From Thecamonas trahens ATCC 50062 (taxonomy: Eukaryota > Protista > Apusomonadida): a stretch of 64,000 bases of DNA. A program made the position numbers and the translations under genes. The first letter of the stretch is position 1, and every line of letters starts with the position of its first letter. Below the pieces are notes generated by a model, which was not told the DNA's origin, made no database searches, and was given only the letters and a program-made list of their open reading frames with translations. The stretch spans positions 389,308-453,307 of the forward strand of contig NW_013657656.1 in NCBI RefSeq assembly GCF_000142905.1. Reading direction: 5' to 3'. This document shows positions 1 to 9,819 of this stretch, piece after piece.

Positions 1-1
1 C

Positions 2-496
2 AAGGTCGGGCTGGAGGCCATCGGCGGAAGCTCCGGCGAGCACTTTGCGCGGCGGCTCGGCGACGTGGTGTGGGACGTGGCTGCAGTCGGCGCGGCGTTT
101 GCCGCGCTACGGCACACGCTGCGTGGAGCAGAGCGCAGGCCGCCGTTCCCGGCAGGCACCTCGGTGGTCCACCGTGGCTGCCTCGGCGCACTCTGTATTC
201 TGGCGGCACTGCAAGCACCGTCGGTGAGCGGGACGCTGTACCTGGCGGCGGCGCTGGCAGTCTTTGCCTCGCTGGAAGCATCGACGCGGCCGCGGCTGCT
301 GCGCAAGCTGCTCTGCGGCGGCTCTGCTGCGCACGTGGTTCTGGCAGCCACGTACCAGCTCTGGGCGACCGAGCTCGGCATCGAGAGCCGAGTCACTTTC
401 GAGTGGCTCGGCCTGCGGGTCTTTGACGGCTCGACCTGGGCACTCTTCTCGCTCGCCACCCCGCTCAGCGTCGCCGCCCTTGCTGCCGCTGCCTAG
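2..496 (+). CDS. 3' end of a multi-pass membrane protein resembling Piezo N-terminal transmembrane helical units (5' partial)
   Basis: Frame is open from base 2 to TAG at 494-496. Motifs LAALQAPSVSGTLYL, CGGSAAHVVLAATYQ and WLGLRVF match the Piezo repeat pattern (PS..S..YL / H....Y.YQ / LGL..F). Confidence 0.55.
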   Translation, partial: KVGLEAIGGSSGEHFARRLGDVVWDVAAVGAAFAALRHTLRGAERRPPFPAGTSVVHRGCLGALCILAALQAPSVSGTLYLAAALAVFASLEASTRPRLLRKLLCGGSAAHVVLAATYQLWATELGIESRVTFEWLGLRVFDGSTWALFSLATPLSVAALAAAA

Positions 497-2079
497 CTAT
501 GACGCGGTGTTGTAGGTCGACGTGGCGATGGCTGACGGCACGAGTCCAATCGACTCGGCGTCAGTGCCGGTCTCCGCGTGCGCGCGCGCCAGCCGCTTGT
601 GCCACAGTGAACACTGCCAAAACGCAACCATGCACGACGCGATGCCGAGGAGCGCTGCCACAATAGTGATCGAGTCGTGGGCGAGCCGGCCCCAGTGAGC
701 GGTTGTCCACGTCGACGGGTTCGGTGGGCGGAAGAGGGCGCCCGGCTAGCCACAAGCGGCAGGGCCGAGAGCGTAGCTTCGTCCATGGTCGCGTCGATCG
801 CGGTTGTGTTGCTCAGGCCCAGTCCCTCGCCGAGGACCAGCGCCGTCCACTCGAGAACAAAGCAGAGCGGGGTGTTGGCGAGCGCAAAGTCTGGCTCCAA
901 CCGCTCGCGATACGTCGTGGCTGGGAGCGCGCAGACAGTGCTCGCCACCTCACGGAGTTCCGCCAGCGACGGCACGTGCGGCGCGATACTGCCGGTCGAG
1001 TTGACGTAGCTGGCGGCGGCTTGGTAGCCGCGAGCAGCGATGCCCTGGAGCGAGACGTGAGCCGCTGTAAGCGGGGCTGGGAGCGAGATGCCATCCATGC
1101 CGGCACCACTGCTCATGTTGAGAAGCGGTGCTAGCTCGGCAGCGCAGCTGGCACCGTCGGCGGAGGCACCAAGCAGGCCGAGCGGACTCGCCGAGCCGGC
1201 GCCAACAAGCGCGACAAAGGCGGTGGCGGGGAGGCAAGCGGTGGTTTGGTTGGCGTTGGAGGCGCGGACAGCGGCGGTACCAGCGGAGCGCCAGGCCAAG
1301 GCCTTGGCGCCCGGACCAAAGGCCGGCCACGCGGCTGCCATCGACGACACATACGCGCGGCAGGCAAAGGTGAGGGTGGCGTGGGTGTCGGGCAGGCCCT
1401 GCGGGGCGGCAGCGCCGACAGCAAGAAACTCCCAGGAGAAGACGACGCCCGCAACAGACGCGTCGCCGCCGGCACAAACACCGCTTGCCAGCGGATTGGC
1501 GGCCAGCCAAGCGGCAGTGCCCGGAGCCGCCGCCGGCAGCGGCAGCGTCCAATAGCCCTTGTCCTCAAACTCCGAGTCTGCGAGGAAGCCGCGGAGCCGC
1601 ATGGCAGCGGCATCGACCGCCTCCGCCTCAGCAGCGCTCGTCGGCGCAATATAAGTGTATATCGGCGTGGCGTAGCGGTCGTCGAACGGGACGACGGAGC
1701 GAGCGACGGCGAGGGCGGCGGCCAGCGGCGCCGGATCGGGTGCGGTGAACGAGGGCAGCCGGACGAGACGAGCCACGACGACCACCGCGTCCGAGACAGC
1801 CGGCGCAGCCACAAGCGGGAGCGGCGGCGGCTGAGGGTGTGAGGCGGCAGGCAGCGGCGCTCCGGAGCCCGACACGGCCGCCGGCCAGGCTGCCACAACC
1901 AGAGCGGCTTCGCCCTCGTCGGCGGCATCGGTCACCAGCACCACCGCGTGCTGGGTCGCCGGCAAGGTGTCGCGGACCGCCAGGTTGAGCACGAGCACAA
2001 TGACTGCAACCACAAGCCCGCCTGCAGCTGTTCCCGCCCATCCACTCCGCGGGCTCTGTCTCCATCCGCCGCCTTCCAT
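497..2079 (-). CDS. GDA1/CD39 (NTPDase/apyrase)-like two-TM protein, catalytically degenerate; one -1 frameshift near 741-743
   Basis: ATG at 2079 and an N-terminal TM. Degenerate ACR motifs VLVTDAADEG, TPIYTY and AWLAANPL, plus CFVLEWTALVLGEGLG. The -1 frame supplies GALF...ITIVAALLGIASCMVAFW (C-terminal TM) and TAG at 499-497. About 527 aa when joined. Confidence 0.6.
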
Positions 2080-2435
2080 TGTTTTCCACGGCCGGGCGGT
2101 GGGGGGGGGGGGTGGGTGGGGTGGGGTCACGTGTGCTGAGTGGGCTTTGATCACGGTCGCGGTGTTTGATCAAAGGCGTGATCGATCACCGGGGTGAGAG
2201 GTGGTGGTGGTGTGTGTGTGTGTGGGGATGGATGAGGGATGAGGCGAAGAGCCCCTGAATCTGCTTGGGAGCAGGCGCCACTGGCGGGGGTGGCTGCGGT
2301 GGTGGTCGTGGTCGGAGTGGACGGAGGTGGCAGACGCAGGCCAAGACGATGTGACGGACGGGGGTGACGGGCGGCGGTGATCGGCTCGGCTGGCCACTTT
2401 ACGACCTTTTTCGGACGGGCAGACGGCGAGCTGGG

Positions 2436-3860
2436 ATGTCATCGATGGGGCGGACGGGGCTTCCAGGGAGGCGACTCGGACCGCGGCAGGCATGGGGACG
2501 GCTTGTGGGCGCGAGTGAGGCTGGGGCACGTCTAGTCATCCATCTCTTGGCTCGTAAGATTGTGCTGAGCCGGCGCAGGGGCGGGGTGCGGGCAGGCGTC
2601 TCTACCGGCGGCCGCAGAGCCGAGGTGGCGGCGACGGTGGCGACGGCGGCGACACGACGGGTCCACTGGATCCGAGGCGGCGCAGGCCGAGTGGCGGTAA
2701 ACGGGCGGATGCTGAGTCGTGGTGCGGCGCGTGCTCTGCTCCATGGCGACGTGGTGAGCTTTGACGGCGCCGTCCTGGTCTTCCATGACCTGACTGTGAC
2801 GAGCATGCCCGGCGGCCCGGCGGCGGCGGCGCGGCTGGCGCTCTGCAGCAGGGCGCCGGGCCTGCGGCGGACGCTATCGGCGCCACAACCTGCGGCGATG
2901 GAGCCCAAGCCCTGCGATGGGGCCTTTTGGGCGCTCGACATGCGGGCGCTGATGCGGGATGGGGCGCGGGCGCGGGCGGGCAGCAGGGGGGCAGCGACCC
3001 GGCTCATCATCGAGCGGCCACATGTGGCGGAGACGTCGTATGCGGCGGCGGTGTTCAAGACTGTTGAGCTTGCATTTCGTCGCTTTGTCAACAAGGATCG
3101 GGTGTACGTGGTCGATGCGGTTGAGGTGGTCGACAATCCGCAACTCGAGGCTGCGTTTGCCGAGCATGTCGAGGCGCTGGCGGCGCGGTCACCGCCTGCC
3201 ACGCTCGAGCCGCCGGATGGAGCATCGCCGCTGCAGCGCAAGACGCTCGAGTCTCTGGCGGCATCGGTGGTAGGCAATGCGCCTCGCGGGACGCATCCGA
3301 TCCTGGCGTGGCACGGGACAGGGCCGGCGGCGGTCGACGCCATCTGCGCGCAGGGCTTCCGCACGGGCGTCTCGAAGGCGCGCGACAGCGGATGGTACGG
3401 GGCCGGGACGGCGTACCTCACGCAGCTGCCCAACTATGGCATGCTGTACATCAAGGACAACGCGCGTGAGCCTGGAGCCTTTTCGCTCCTCCTTTCTTGG
3501 GTCTTGATGGGCAAGGTCTACCCTGTGACCGAGGTCATCGAGGGCAAGCCGCAGATGGATGGCTTCGACTCGCACTACGTCCTCGTCGACGAGTATGAGC
3601 CGCTGCCCTCGGCCGACGCCGAGCCGACGGGCGACGAGATCGTGGTCTTTGACCCTGCTGCTGTCCTCCCGCGGTTTGTCGTCCACTTTTCGGTCTCGAA
3701 TGGCAAGCCCGAGCTCGATGCCGTCACTGAGCGCGAGGCAGGCGACGCTGGTTCTGGCGGGGAGAGTGGTGATGAGCAGAGTGACGATGAGGAGAGTGGT
3801 GATGAGGAGAGCGGTGATGAGGAGAGTGACGGACCTCCGTCGAGCTGCACCATCTCGTAG
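2436..3860 (+). CDS. Degenerate FHA domain + PARP-like ADP-ribosyltransferase catalytic domain, with acidic tail and CaaX end
   Basis: AWGRLVG...IVLSRRRG and VNGRMLS...LLHGDVVSF are FHA-like. WHGT, GWYGAGTAYLT and DEIVVFDPAAVLPRFVV give the PARP H-Y-E triad. The protein ends in CTIS. The start is uncertain: the ORF is open from 2364 and the first ATG is at 2436. Confidence 0.8.
   Translation: MSSMGRTGLPGRRLGPRQAWGRLVGASEAGARLVIHLLARKIVLSRRRGGVRAGVSTGGRRAEVAATVATAATRRVHWIRGGAGRVAVNGRMLSRGAARALLHGDVVSFDGAVLVFHDLTVTSMPGGPAAAARLALCSRAPGLRRTLSAPQPAAMEPKPCDGAFWALDMRALMRDGARARAGSRGAATRLIIERPHVAETSYAAAVFKTVELAFRRFVNKDRVYVVDAVEVVDNPQLEAAFAEHVEALAARSPPATLEPPDGASPLQRKTLESLAASVVGNAPRGTHPILAWHGTGPAAVDAICAQGFRTGVSKARDSGWYGAGTAYLTQLPNYGMLYIKDNAREPGAFSLLLSWVLMGKVYPVTEVIEGKPQMDGFDSHYVLVDEYEPLPSADAEPTGDEIVVFDPAAVLPRFVVHFSVSNGKPELDAVTEREAGDAGSGGESGDEQSDDEESGDEESGDEESDGPPSSCTIS
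3763..3831 (+). repeat. 15-bp coding tandem repeat (ESGDE-type acidic units)
   Basis: About 4.5 copies of GAGAGTGGTGATGAG-like units in the PARP tail. Confidence 0.8.
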
Positions 3861-3883
3861 GCAGGAAATGACACGAAATAATT

Positions 3884-3931
3884 TGGAGCATGCCGTGGAG
3901 CATGCGGTGGTGCAAGCGGTGGAGCATGCAG
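3884..3931. repeat. 12-bp tandem repeat x4 (TGGAGCATGCNG)
   Basis: tggagcatgccg tggagcatgcgg tggtgcaagcgg tggagcatgcag. Confidence 0.8.
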
Positions 3932-4070
3932 CTGACGTGCTTGGCAGGTGTGGCGTGGCATGCCACGACAGACCTGCCGCGCGGTGCTCCGCGCCGCCCA
4001 CACCGCCAGCCAAGCTTGCGGAGGTAGAGCGTTGGTGTTTGCACATCTCTCTCACACATTGTATCGAGTT

Positions 4071-4988
4071 ATGTTCCGAGTTGCTGGTGGGTGCATGCGG
4101 CTGGGCAGTGGGTTGAGCGCGGCTAGTGGTCGGTTGGCCGCTCAGGTCCACGAGGTGGCTGCCAAGGGCTTTGAGGTCAACATCGATGCGTACGAGCGGG
4201 CGCGGCCGTCTTATCCGGAGGGAGCGGTTCGGGCTGTGGCGGCGGGGCTATGCGCGCGGGGCGGGCAAGGCGCGCCGCTAAAGGTGCTGGAGATCGGGGC
4301 CGGGACCGGCAAGTTTACCCGCCGCCTTTTGGGCGAGTTGGCCGGGCGGGCGGGCCCGGGCGGGGTATCACTGACGGCAGTGGAGCCTGCGGCGGCGATG
4401 CGGGCTGCTTTTGCTGCAGCAGTGGTGGACGCGCCCGGGGTGGTGCCCGATGGTGCCGAGGTCTCGGTGGAGGCGGGGGCGGCCGACGCGCTGCCGGCTG
4501 CTGACGGCAGCGTCGATCTGGTGGTGGTGGCACAGGCCTTCCACTGGTTCGCCAACGAGGAGGTGGTGGCCGAGATGGCGCGGGTGCTGGCGCCGGGCGG
4601 GCGGTTGGCATTGGTGTGGAACATGGAGGATCGGACGGCGCCGTGGGTGGCCTCGCTCCGCGACGCTTACGAGGTGTACGAGGGCAGCGCGCCGCAGTAC
4701 CGGCAGGGGAAGTGGAAGCAGGTGTGGACGACGGCGACGGCGAAGGAGGCTTTTGCGCCGCTTGCACACGTCCAGGTGGCATGGAGCATGCCAGCAGACC
4801 TCAAGACGATCTGGGAGCGGATCAAGTCCAAGTCGTACATCTCGCTGCTCGACGACGCGAGGCGCGAGGCGCTACAGGCCAAGGTCACCGCACTTGCGCT
4901 CGAGGCGCACCCGCAGCTGGCCGAGCAAGCTGGCGCCTCGGTGGCGTATCCGTACCACACCGACGGCTACATCACGCACAAGCTGTGA
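4071..4988 (+). CDS. Class I SAM-dependent methyltransferase (Methyltransf_11 type), possible mitochondrial presequence
   Basis: YERARPSYP, VLEIGAGTGKFT, SVDLVVVAQAFHWF, RVLAPGGRLALVWN. The Arg/Ser-rich N-terminus from ATG 4071 lacks acidic residues. Confidence 0.9.
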   Translation: MFRVAGGCMRLGSGLSAASGRLAAQVHEVAAKGFEVNIDAYERARPSYPEGAVRAVAAGLCARGGQGAPLKVLEIGAGTGKFTRRLLGELAGRAGPGGVSLTAVEPAAAMRAAFAAAVVDAPGVVPDGAEVSVEAGAADALPAADGSVDLVVVAQAFHWFANEEVVAEMARVLAPGGRLALVWNMEDRTAPWVASLRDAYEVYEGSAPQYRQGKWKQVWTTATAKEAFAPLAHVQVAWSMPADLKTIWERIKSKSYISLLDDARREALQAKVTALALEAHPQLAEQAGASVAYPYHTDGYITHKL

Positions 4989-5005
4989 GGAGAGTGTTAC
5001 ACGGC

Positions 5006-6373
5006 TCAGCGCTTGAGATTGTCGGCGAGCTCGGCAAGGGCGTCGTAGTAAAGGTCAGACGAGTGGTCCTTGAGCATGGTATTGGAGAGAAGCAAGTTCT
5101 CAAATGTGTCATTGGGCACCTGATGGAGTCTGTACGACTCGGAGCCGATGCAATGCAGGTGGTAGACCTTGCCGGGCGGGAAGAGATTGGTCACCTCGTC
5201 GTCTTCGAGGTCGTCGTCGTCGTCGTCAGGCCGCGGCCCGCCGCGCGGGCGAACGGCACCGGCAAGGCGGCCGGCAGCCTTGCCTGCGGCCTTGGTGCCA
5301 CGGCTTGCGGCCTTGCCTGCAGCCTTACCTCCGCGAGCGGCAGACTTGCCGGCGGACGACTCGCCGGCGCGCGAGGCGGCGCCGGCCAGGGCCTTGCCGG
5401 CTCGGGTCTCCTTGGCGGCCGCCAGGGCCTCCTGCTTCCACGGCGAGTCCTTGACCTCTTGACGGAGGTTGATGAGTGCCCGGGTGGAGGCGCGTGGGAC
5501 GCAGTCGTCGGCGTGGACAACGGTGGTGACGTAGTCTGCGGCAGCCTCGGCGAGGTCGAGCGAGACGGCACAAGCCGGGGCAAGGACAAACGACTCGACG
5601 TCCATAAACTCTTCCTCCTTGAGCAGAATGGCAAGAAGAGCCGCTGTTCCACCGCCGAGCGAGTGACCGACAGTCATGACCGAGTACCCGTCGTGATCAT
5701 TGAGGAGGGCGTAGATGTCGTCGAGGATGTTGTTCATGAACCACGAGGCGGCGGTGTAGATGCCGCGATGGGCCTTGCCGGTGAGGCACGGCTCAAGAGC
5801 AGCGGCAGCGTCTGTGATGGCGTCTGCTGCCGAGGCGGTGCCGCGGATGCCGACAACCACCTTCTGTTTGTCGTGATCGAGGGCGAGAAAGTAGGCCGGG
5901 CGGGACTTTTGCGAGGTCCAATCGGAGCGGACAATGTCATCGGCGCTCCATCCGAGAGCCTCGACAACGGCCTCATCCGAGCCTGAGTACGTGGCGAGGA
6001 TGACGCGCGACCAGTAGAGCATGTGCTTGACCAGAGCCTTGTCCTTGATGGGCTTCTCCTTGAGATACGGATGCTCGCCCGAGGCCACGGCCTCCTCCGC
6101 CTTGCGCATGTGGGCCTTGCGGAGAAAGTAGAGACCGGCGGTCAGATCGGATGGCTTCCACGGACCCATATCCCGAGTTGCTTCCAGAATGGCCTTGGCC
6201 ACCGACTTCATGGTCGCATCCTCGGATGGCTCATTCGCACTCGTTCCGGCTTCCTCCTCGGCTGCCGCTGCCTCTCGAGCCACCTTGACCTTGCTCGGCT
6301 TGGGCGGCTTCTTCTTGGGCTTGGGCGGTGGTGGTGGCTCTTCCGGCGGCGGCTTGGATGACCCACATCCCAT
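5006..6373 (-). CDS. Class 3 lipase, diacylglycerol-lipase-like, with N-terminal dual-acylation motif
   Basis: Starts MGCGSS at ATG 6373. Motifs VVVGIRGT, AHRGI, GHSLGGG (nucleophile), DCVPR and LLSNTMLKDH. Confidence 0.9.
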   Translation of the reverse strand: MGCGSSKPPPEEPPPPPKPKKKPPKPSKVKVAREAAAAEEEAGTSANEPSEDATMKSVAKAILEATRDMGPWKPSDLTAGLYFLRKAHMRKAEEAVASGEHPYLKEKPIKDKALVKHMLYWSRVILATYSGSDEAVVEALGWSADDIVRSDWTSQKSRPAYFLALDHDKQKVVVGIRGTASAADAITDAAAALEPCLTGKAHRGIYTAASWFMNNILDDIYALLNDHDGYSVMTVGHSLGGGTAALLAILLKEEEFMDVESFVLAPACAVSLDLAEAAADYVTTVVHADDCVPRASTRALINLRQEVKDSPWKQEALAAAKETRAGKALAGAASRAGESSAGKSAARGGKAAGKAASRGTKAAGKAAGRLAGAVRPRGGPRPDDDDDDLEDDEVTNLFPPGKVYHLHCIGSESYRLHQVPNDTFENLLLSNTMLKDHSSDLYYDALAELADNLKR

Positions 6374-6614
6374 ACTCCTTCCTTCCTTCTCGCCTGGCAG
6401 GCTGGCCGAGTTGGGTCTGGCTCGGCCTCGGCCCCTGCTGTTCGCTGCCGACTCCTGCCCTGTGTCTCGCTGTCTGCCAAGATGTCCGTTGAATGACGGC
6501 TGAAGTCGAAGTGAGAGTGAAGTTGTTTCGGGGGGAGGGGGGGGGGGGGGAGGGGAAAGGGGATGGATGTATGTGTGTGGTGTGGTTAGTTGTTGGCTGA
6601 TTGACTTGGCTGGT

Positions 6615-7865
6615 TTAGCTGCTAAAGGCAGGGATGCCGGTGATCTGGCGGCCGAGGATGAGCTTGTGGATGGTGTCAGTGCCCTCGTAGGTCTTGACGG
6701 CCTCGAGGTTGAGGACGTGGCGGATGACGTGGTACTCGTCGGCGATGCCGTTTCCGCCGAGCATGTCGCGGGCCTCGCGGGCAATGTCGATGGCCTTGGC
6801 GCACGAGTTGCGCTTGATGAGCGAGATCATCTCGGGGCAAAGCTCGCCGGCGTCGATGAGGCGGCCGACGCGGAGCGCGGACTGGAGGCCAAGAGCGATC
6901 TCGGTGTTCATGTCGGCAAACTTGACCTGCGAGACCTGGTTGGCGGCGAGCGGGCGGCCAAACTGCTTGCGCTCGAGCTGGTACTCGACAGCCTTCTCCA
7001 TGCAAAACTCGGCGGCGCCGAGGGTTCCCCAGGCAATGCCGTAGCGAGCCTTGTTGAGGCAGCCGAACGGGCCGCCAAGGCCACGCGCGTTGGGCAGCAG
7101 GTTCTCGGCAGGCACCTCGACGTCGTCCATGGAGATCGAGCCGGTGATCGAGGCGCGGAGCGAGAACTTGCCGTCGATCTTGGGCGCGGTCAGGCCCGGC
7201 ATGCCCTTCTCCAGGATGAAGCCGCGGATGACGCCGTCGTCGACGGTCTTGGCCCACACCACAAACACGTCGGCAATGGGCGAGTTGGTGATCCACATCT
7301 TGGAGCCTGAGAGCTTGTACGACGAGCCGTCGCTTGACGGCACCGCCCGGGTCTCCATTGAGCCCGGGTCCGACCCGTGGTTCGGCTCGGTGAGGCCAAA
7401 GCACCCGATGAGCTCGCCCGTCGCCAGCTTGGGCAAGTACTTTTCGCGCTGCGCCTCGGTGCCGTACGCGTGGATCGGGTGCATGACCAGCGAGGACTGA
7501 ACCGACATGGCCGAGCGGTAGCCCGAGTCGACCCACTCCACCTCGCGGGCAATGAGCCCGTATGCCACATGCGAGAGCCCTGCGCACCCGTAGCCGTCGA
7601 TGGTGGACCCGAGCATGCCCATGGCGCCCATCTCGGCCATGATCTCCGGATCAAACCGCTCCTCGCGGTGCGCCTCCAGCACTCGCGGGAAGAGCTTCTC
7701 GCGCGTGTACCGCCGCACCGAGTCCATCACAGACACCTCCTCTTCCGTCAGCTGCTCCTCCAGCGCCAGCGGATCCTTCCAGTCGTACTTGCGCAGCGAC
7801 GACGCCATCCGCGCTATCCGCCAGTACCACACCCGCACCATCATAGCATTACTGATATGAGTCAA
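6615..7865 (-). CDS. GCDH: Glutaryl-CoA dehydrogenase
   Basis: [73 protein letters not shown]. The true start may be a downstream Met. Confidence 0.95.
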   Translation of the reverse strand: MTHISNAMMVRVWYWRIARMASSLRKYDWKDPLALEEQLTEEEVSVMDSVRRYTREKLFPRVLEAHREERFDPEIMAEMGAMGMLGSTIDGYGCAGLSHVAYGLIAREVEWVDSGYRSAMSVQSSLVMHPIHAYGTEAQREKYLPKLATGELIGCFGLTEPNHGSDPGSMETRAVPSSDGSSYKLSGSKMWITNSPIADVFVVWAKTVDDGVIRGFILEKGMPGLTAPKIDGKFSLRASITGSISMDDVEVPAENLLPNARGLGGPFGCLNKARYGIAWGTLGAAEFCMEKAVEYQLERKQFGRPLAANQVSQVKFADMNTEIALGLQSALRVGRLIDAGELCPEMISLIKRNSCAKAIDIAREARDMLGGNGIADEYHVIRHVLNLEAVKTYEGTDTIHKLILGRQITGIPAFSS

Positions 7866-8483
7866 TCGTCCCTCGCCCCATCGCCTCCATCACCTCCACG
7901 CTCCACCATCATTGGCTACTGAGTGCGGCGGAGGAGGCTGGGCCAGAGAGGAAGGACCAGCAGAGCACAAAGGCTCTGCCCGCAGTCCACCGCATGCCAC
8001 CACAGCCCATCATGACAAGAAGTGTTTCCACCCTTGTAACAGCGACCTCTCTCCCCTTCCCCTCCCTGCCCCCCTTGAACCCCCTCTTCCTCTCTGCCTT
8101 CCCTGTCCCCCCCCCCCCCCTGGGCATACACACCTTCCCCGCCAAGGATCGTCCGGCTGACGTGTCAGGGATCGCCACCTCCTCCCTGCGCCCTCCCTTG
8201 TAGTTCCAAAGGTCGCAGCCCGCACACAAGCACCAACGCCAGCAAGCATGTTGAGACGAGTTGTGCCGCGTTGGCTCTGGGTGGGGTTCAGCCAGCTGAC
8301 TGGAGCTGTGCGGGGCAGTTCCCCCCCCCCCCCCCTACCTCGGGGAAAGGGGGGGGGGGGGGATATTCGAGATCGGGGTTGATCAAGTGACGCCAGAGAA
8401 GAAAGGGGAAGAAGACGAGAGGATGGTGGTGGGGACGGCTGCTGAGGGGTAGCTGGCTTGATGTCTGTCGGGAGCGGACGGAC

Positions 8484-8543
8484 GGCCGGGTACTGGCCGG
8501 GTACTGGCCGGGTACTGGCCGGGTACTGGCCGGGTACTGGCCG
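8484..8543. repeat. 11-bp perfect tandem repeat (GGCCGGGTACT) x5.5
   Basis: Directly visible in the intergenic region. Confidence 0.95.
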
Positions 8544-8864
8544 CTTCGTCTCTGATTCCCGGTCGCTTGATGGCGCTTGTGGCTATTGCTTCTGGTCTCG
8601 GATCGAGCTCTCGCCTGACAACATCTTCCGATCAACCGGTGGCCGTATCGGCTCACTTCCTCGGATCTGCTGGTGCTGGCACAGTGTAGCAGCTGCGACC
8701 AAACTGCACCCTTCTCCACGACGGCATACTCGGAGAGGTCAAAGGCGTAGTCGTCGTCATCATGATCAACCTTTAAAGCCATCGATCCGATTGGTCGTCT
8801 TCATGGACGATCTCGTTGAGACGGCGGCGCGAGGACAATCAAGCACACTCGACTCGAACGCGCC

Positions 8865-9819
8865 ATGCCGAAAGCCAAGAGCGGACGAGCCAAACGCAAG
8901 GCAGCCGCGGCCGCGGTGATGCGGCGGACGACTGGACCGTCTCCTGCGGCCATTGCTACAGCTAGCACCATGAACGAAGATGAGAAGAAGCACGCTGGCC
9001 TAGTCTCACTGAGAGACGTGTTCGGTGTACGTACCGTCCGCTGCATCTCCTCCCTGCCCTGCTTACATGCTCCCTTCCCCACCGAGTGGCGGATGGGGCC
9101 GAATGATGGGCGCTCGCCTCCCATCCCTCCCCCGTTGGCGGTCATCATGCCCTGCCGACTGCACGGACTCTGCCACTCCGGACTGTGACTCACGTACATG
9201 CGAACTGGGGGAGAGAGTGTAGGTCTCGGAAGTTGGAGCTGCAAAGGACGCACAGGATGAGCTCGAGGGCGTGGGTAACATTGATCTCTCCATCCTGCCC
9301 AAGCGTGAGCGGCGGAGGGTCAAGGCCGCGGCGTTTGTCAAGCGGCTGGAGATCGAGGCGCAGCTGGCGAACGCCAAGGCTGAGATGCCGCTTGACCTGG
9401 CGGTCATGACCTCGACGCTTGATGAGATCCAGTCCTCGCTCGAGGAGGTCGATGCCGTCGGCAAGGCAAAGTCCGCCAAGGACTTTAAGGGCGCTGCTGT
9501 GGCCAAACACGGTCGCACCACCCTCAAGATGCGCTCGCGGACCCGCCGCCAGGGCGTGGATCACTTTGCTCTCGTTGCTGCCCACCCGGTCTTCCGCGAC
9601 GATCCGCTGGCTGCCATCGAAGGCCACGTCCTCGCCACCGTCAAGGCCCGCAAGCCCACCCCGCGCAAGGGCAAGACAAAGTCTGGCATGGGCAAGGGTA
9701 AGGGCAAGGTCCAGAACACCCACCGTTCTGCATCGGTCAAAACCGCCCGCGCCACGCCGGGTTCTGCCCCATCGTCGCGCCGCAAGAACTTTGGCAAGTC
9801 GCAGCGCAAGCGGCGCTAA
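8865..9819 (+). CDS. SLX9: Ribosome biogenesis factor SLX9/FAM207-like; two exons (8865-9026, 9223-9819)
   Basis: Phase-0 intron 9027-9222 with GTACGT donor, ACTCAC branch-like site and TAG acceptor joins the frames. C-terminal HFALVAAHPVFRDDPLAAIEGHV is the SLX9-type motif. The protein is basic and about 252 aa. Confidence 0.75.

Noticed and set aside
4616-7310. Long antisense or alternate-frame ORFs (e.g. 4616-5986, 6567-7310 and many similar)
   Set aside because: These are shadow ORFs expected from high GC3 codon bias opposite real genes, with no motifs.
8288-8782. ORF MALKVDHDDDDYAFDLSEY...
   Set aside because: It runs into an 11-bp tandem repeat and homopolymers, and no family is recognisable.
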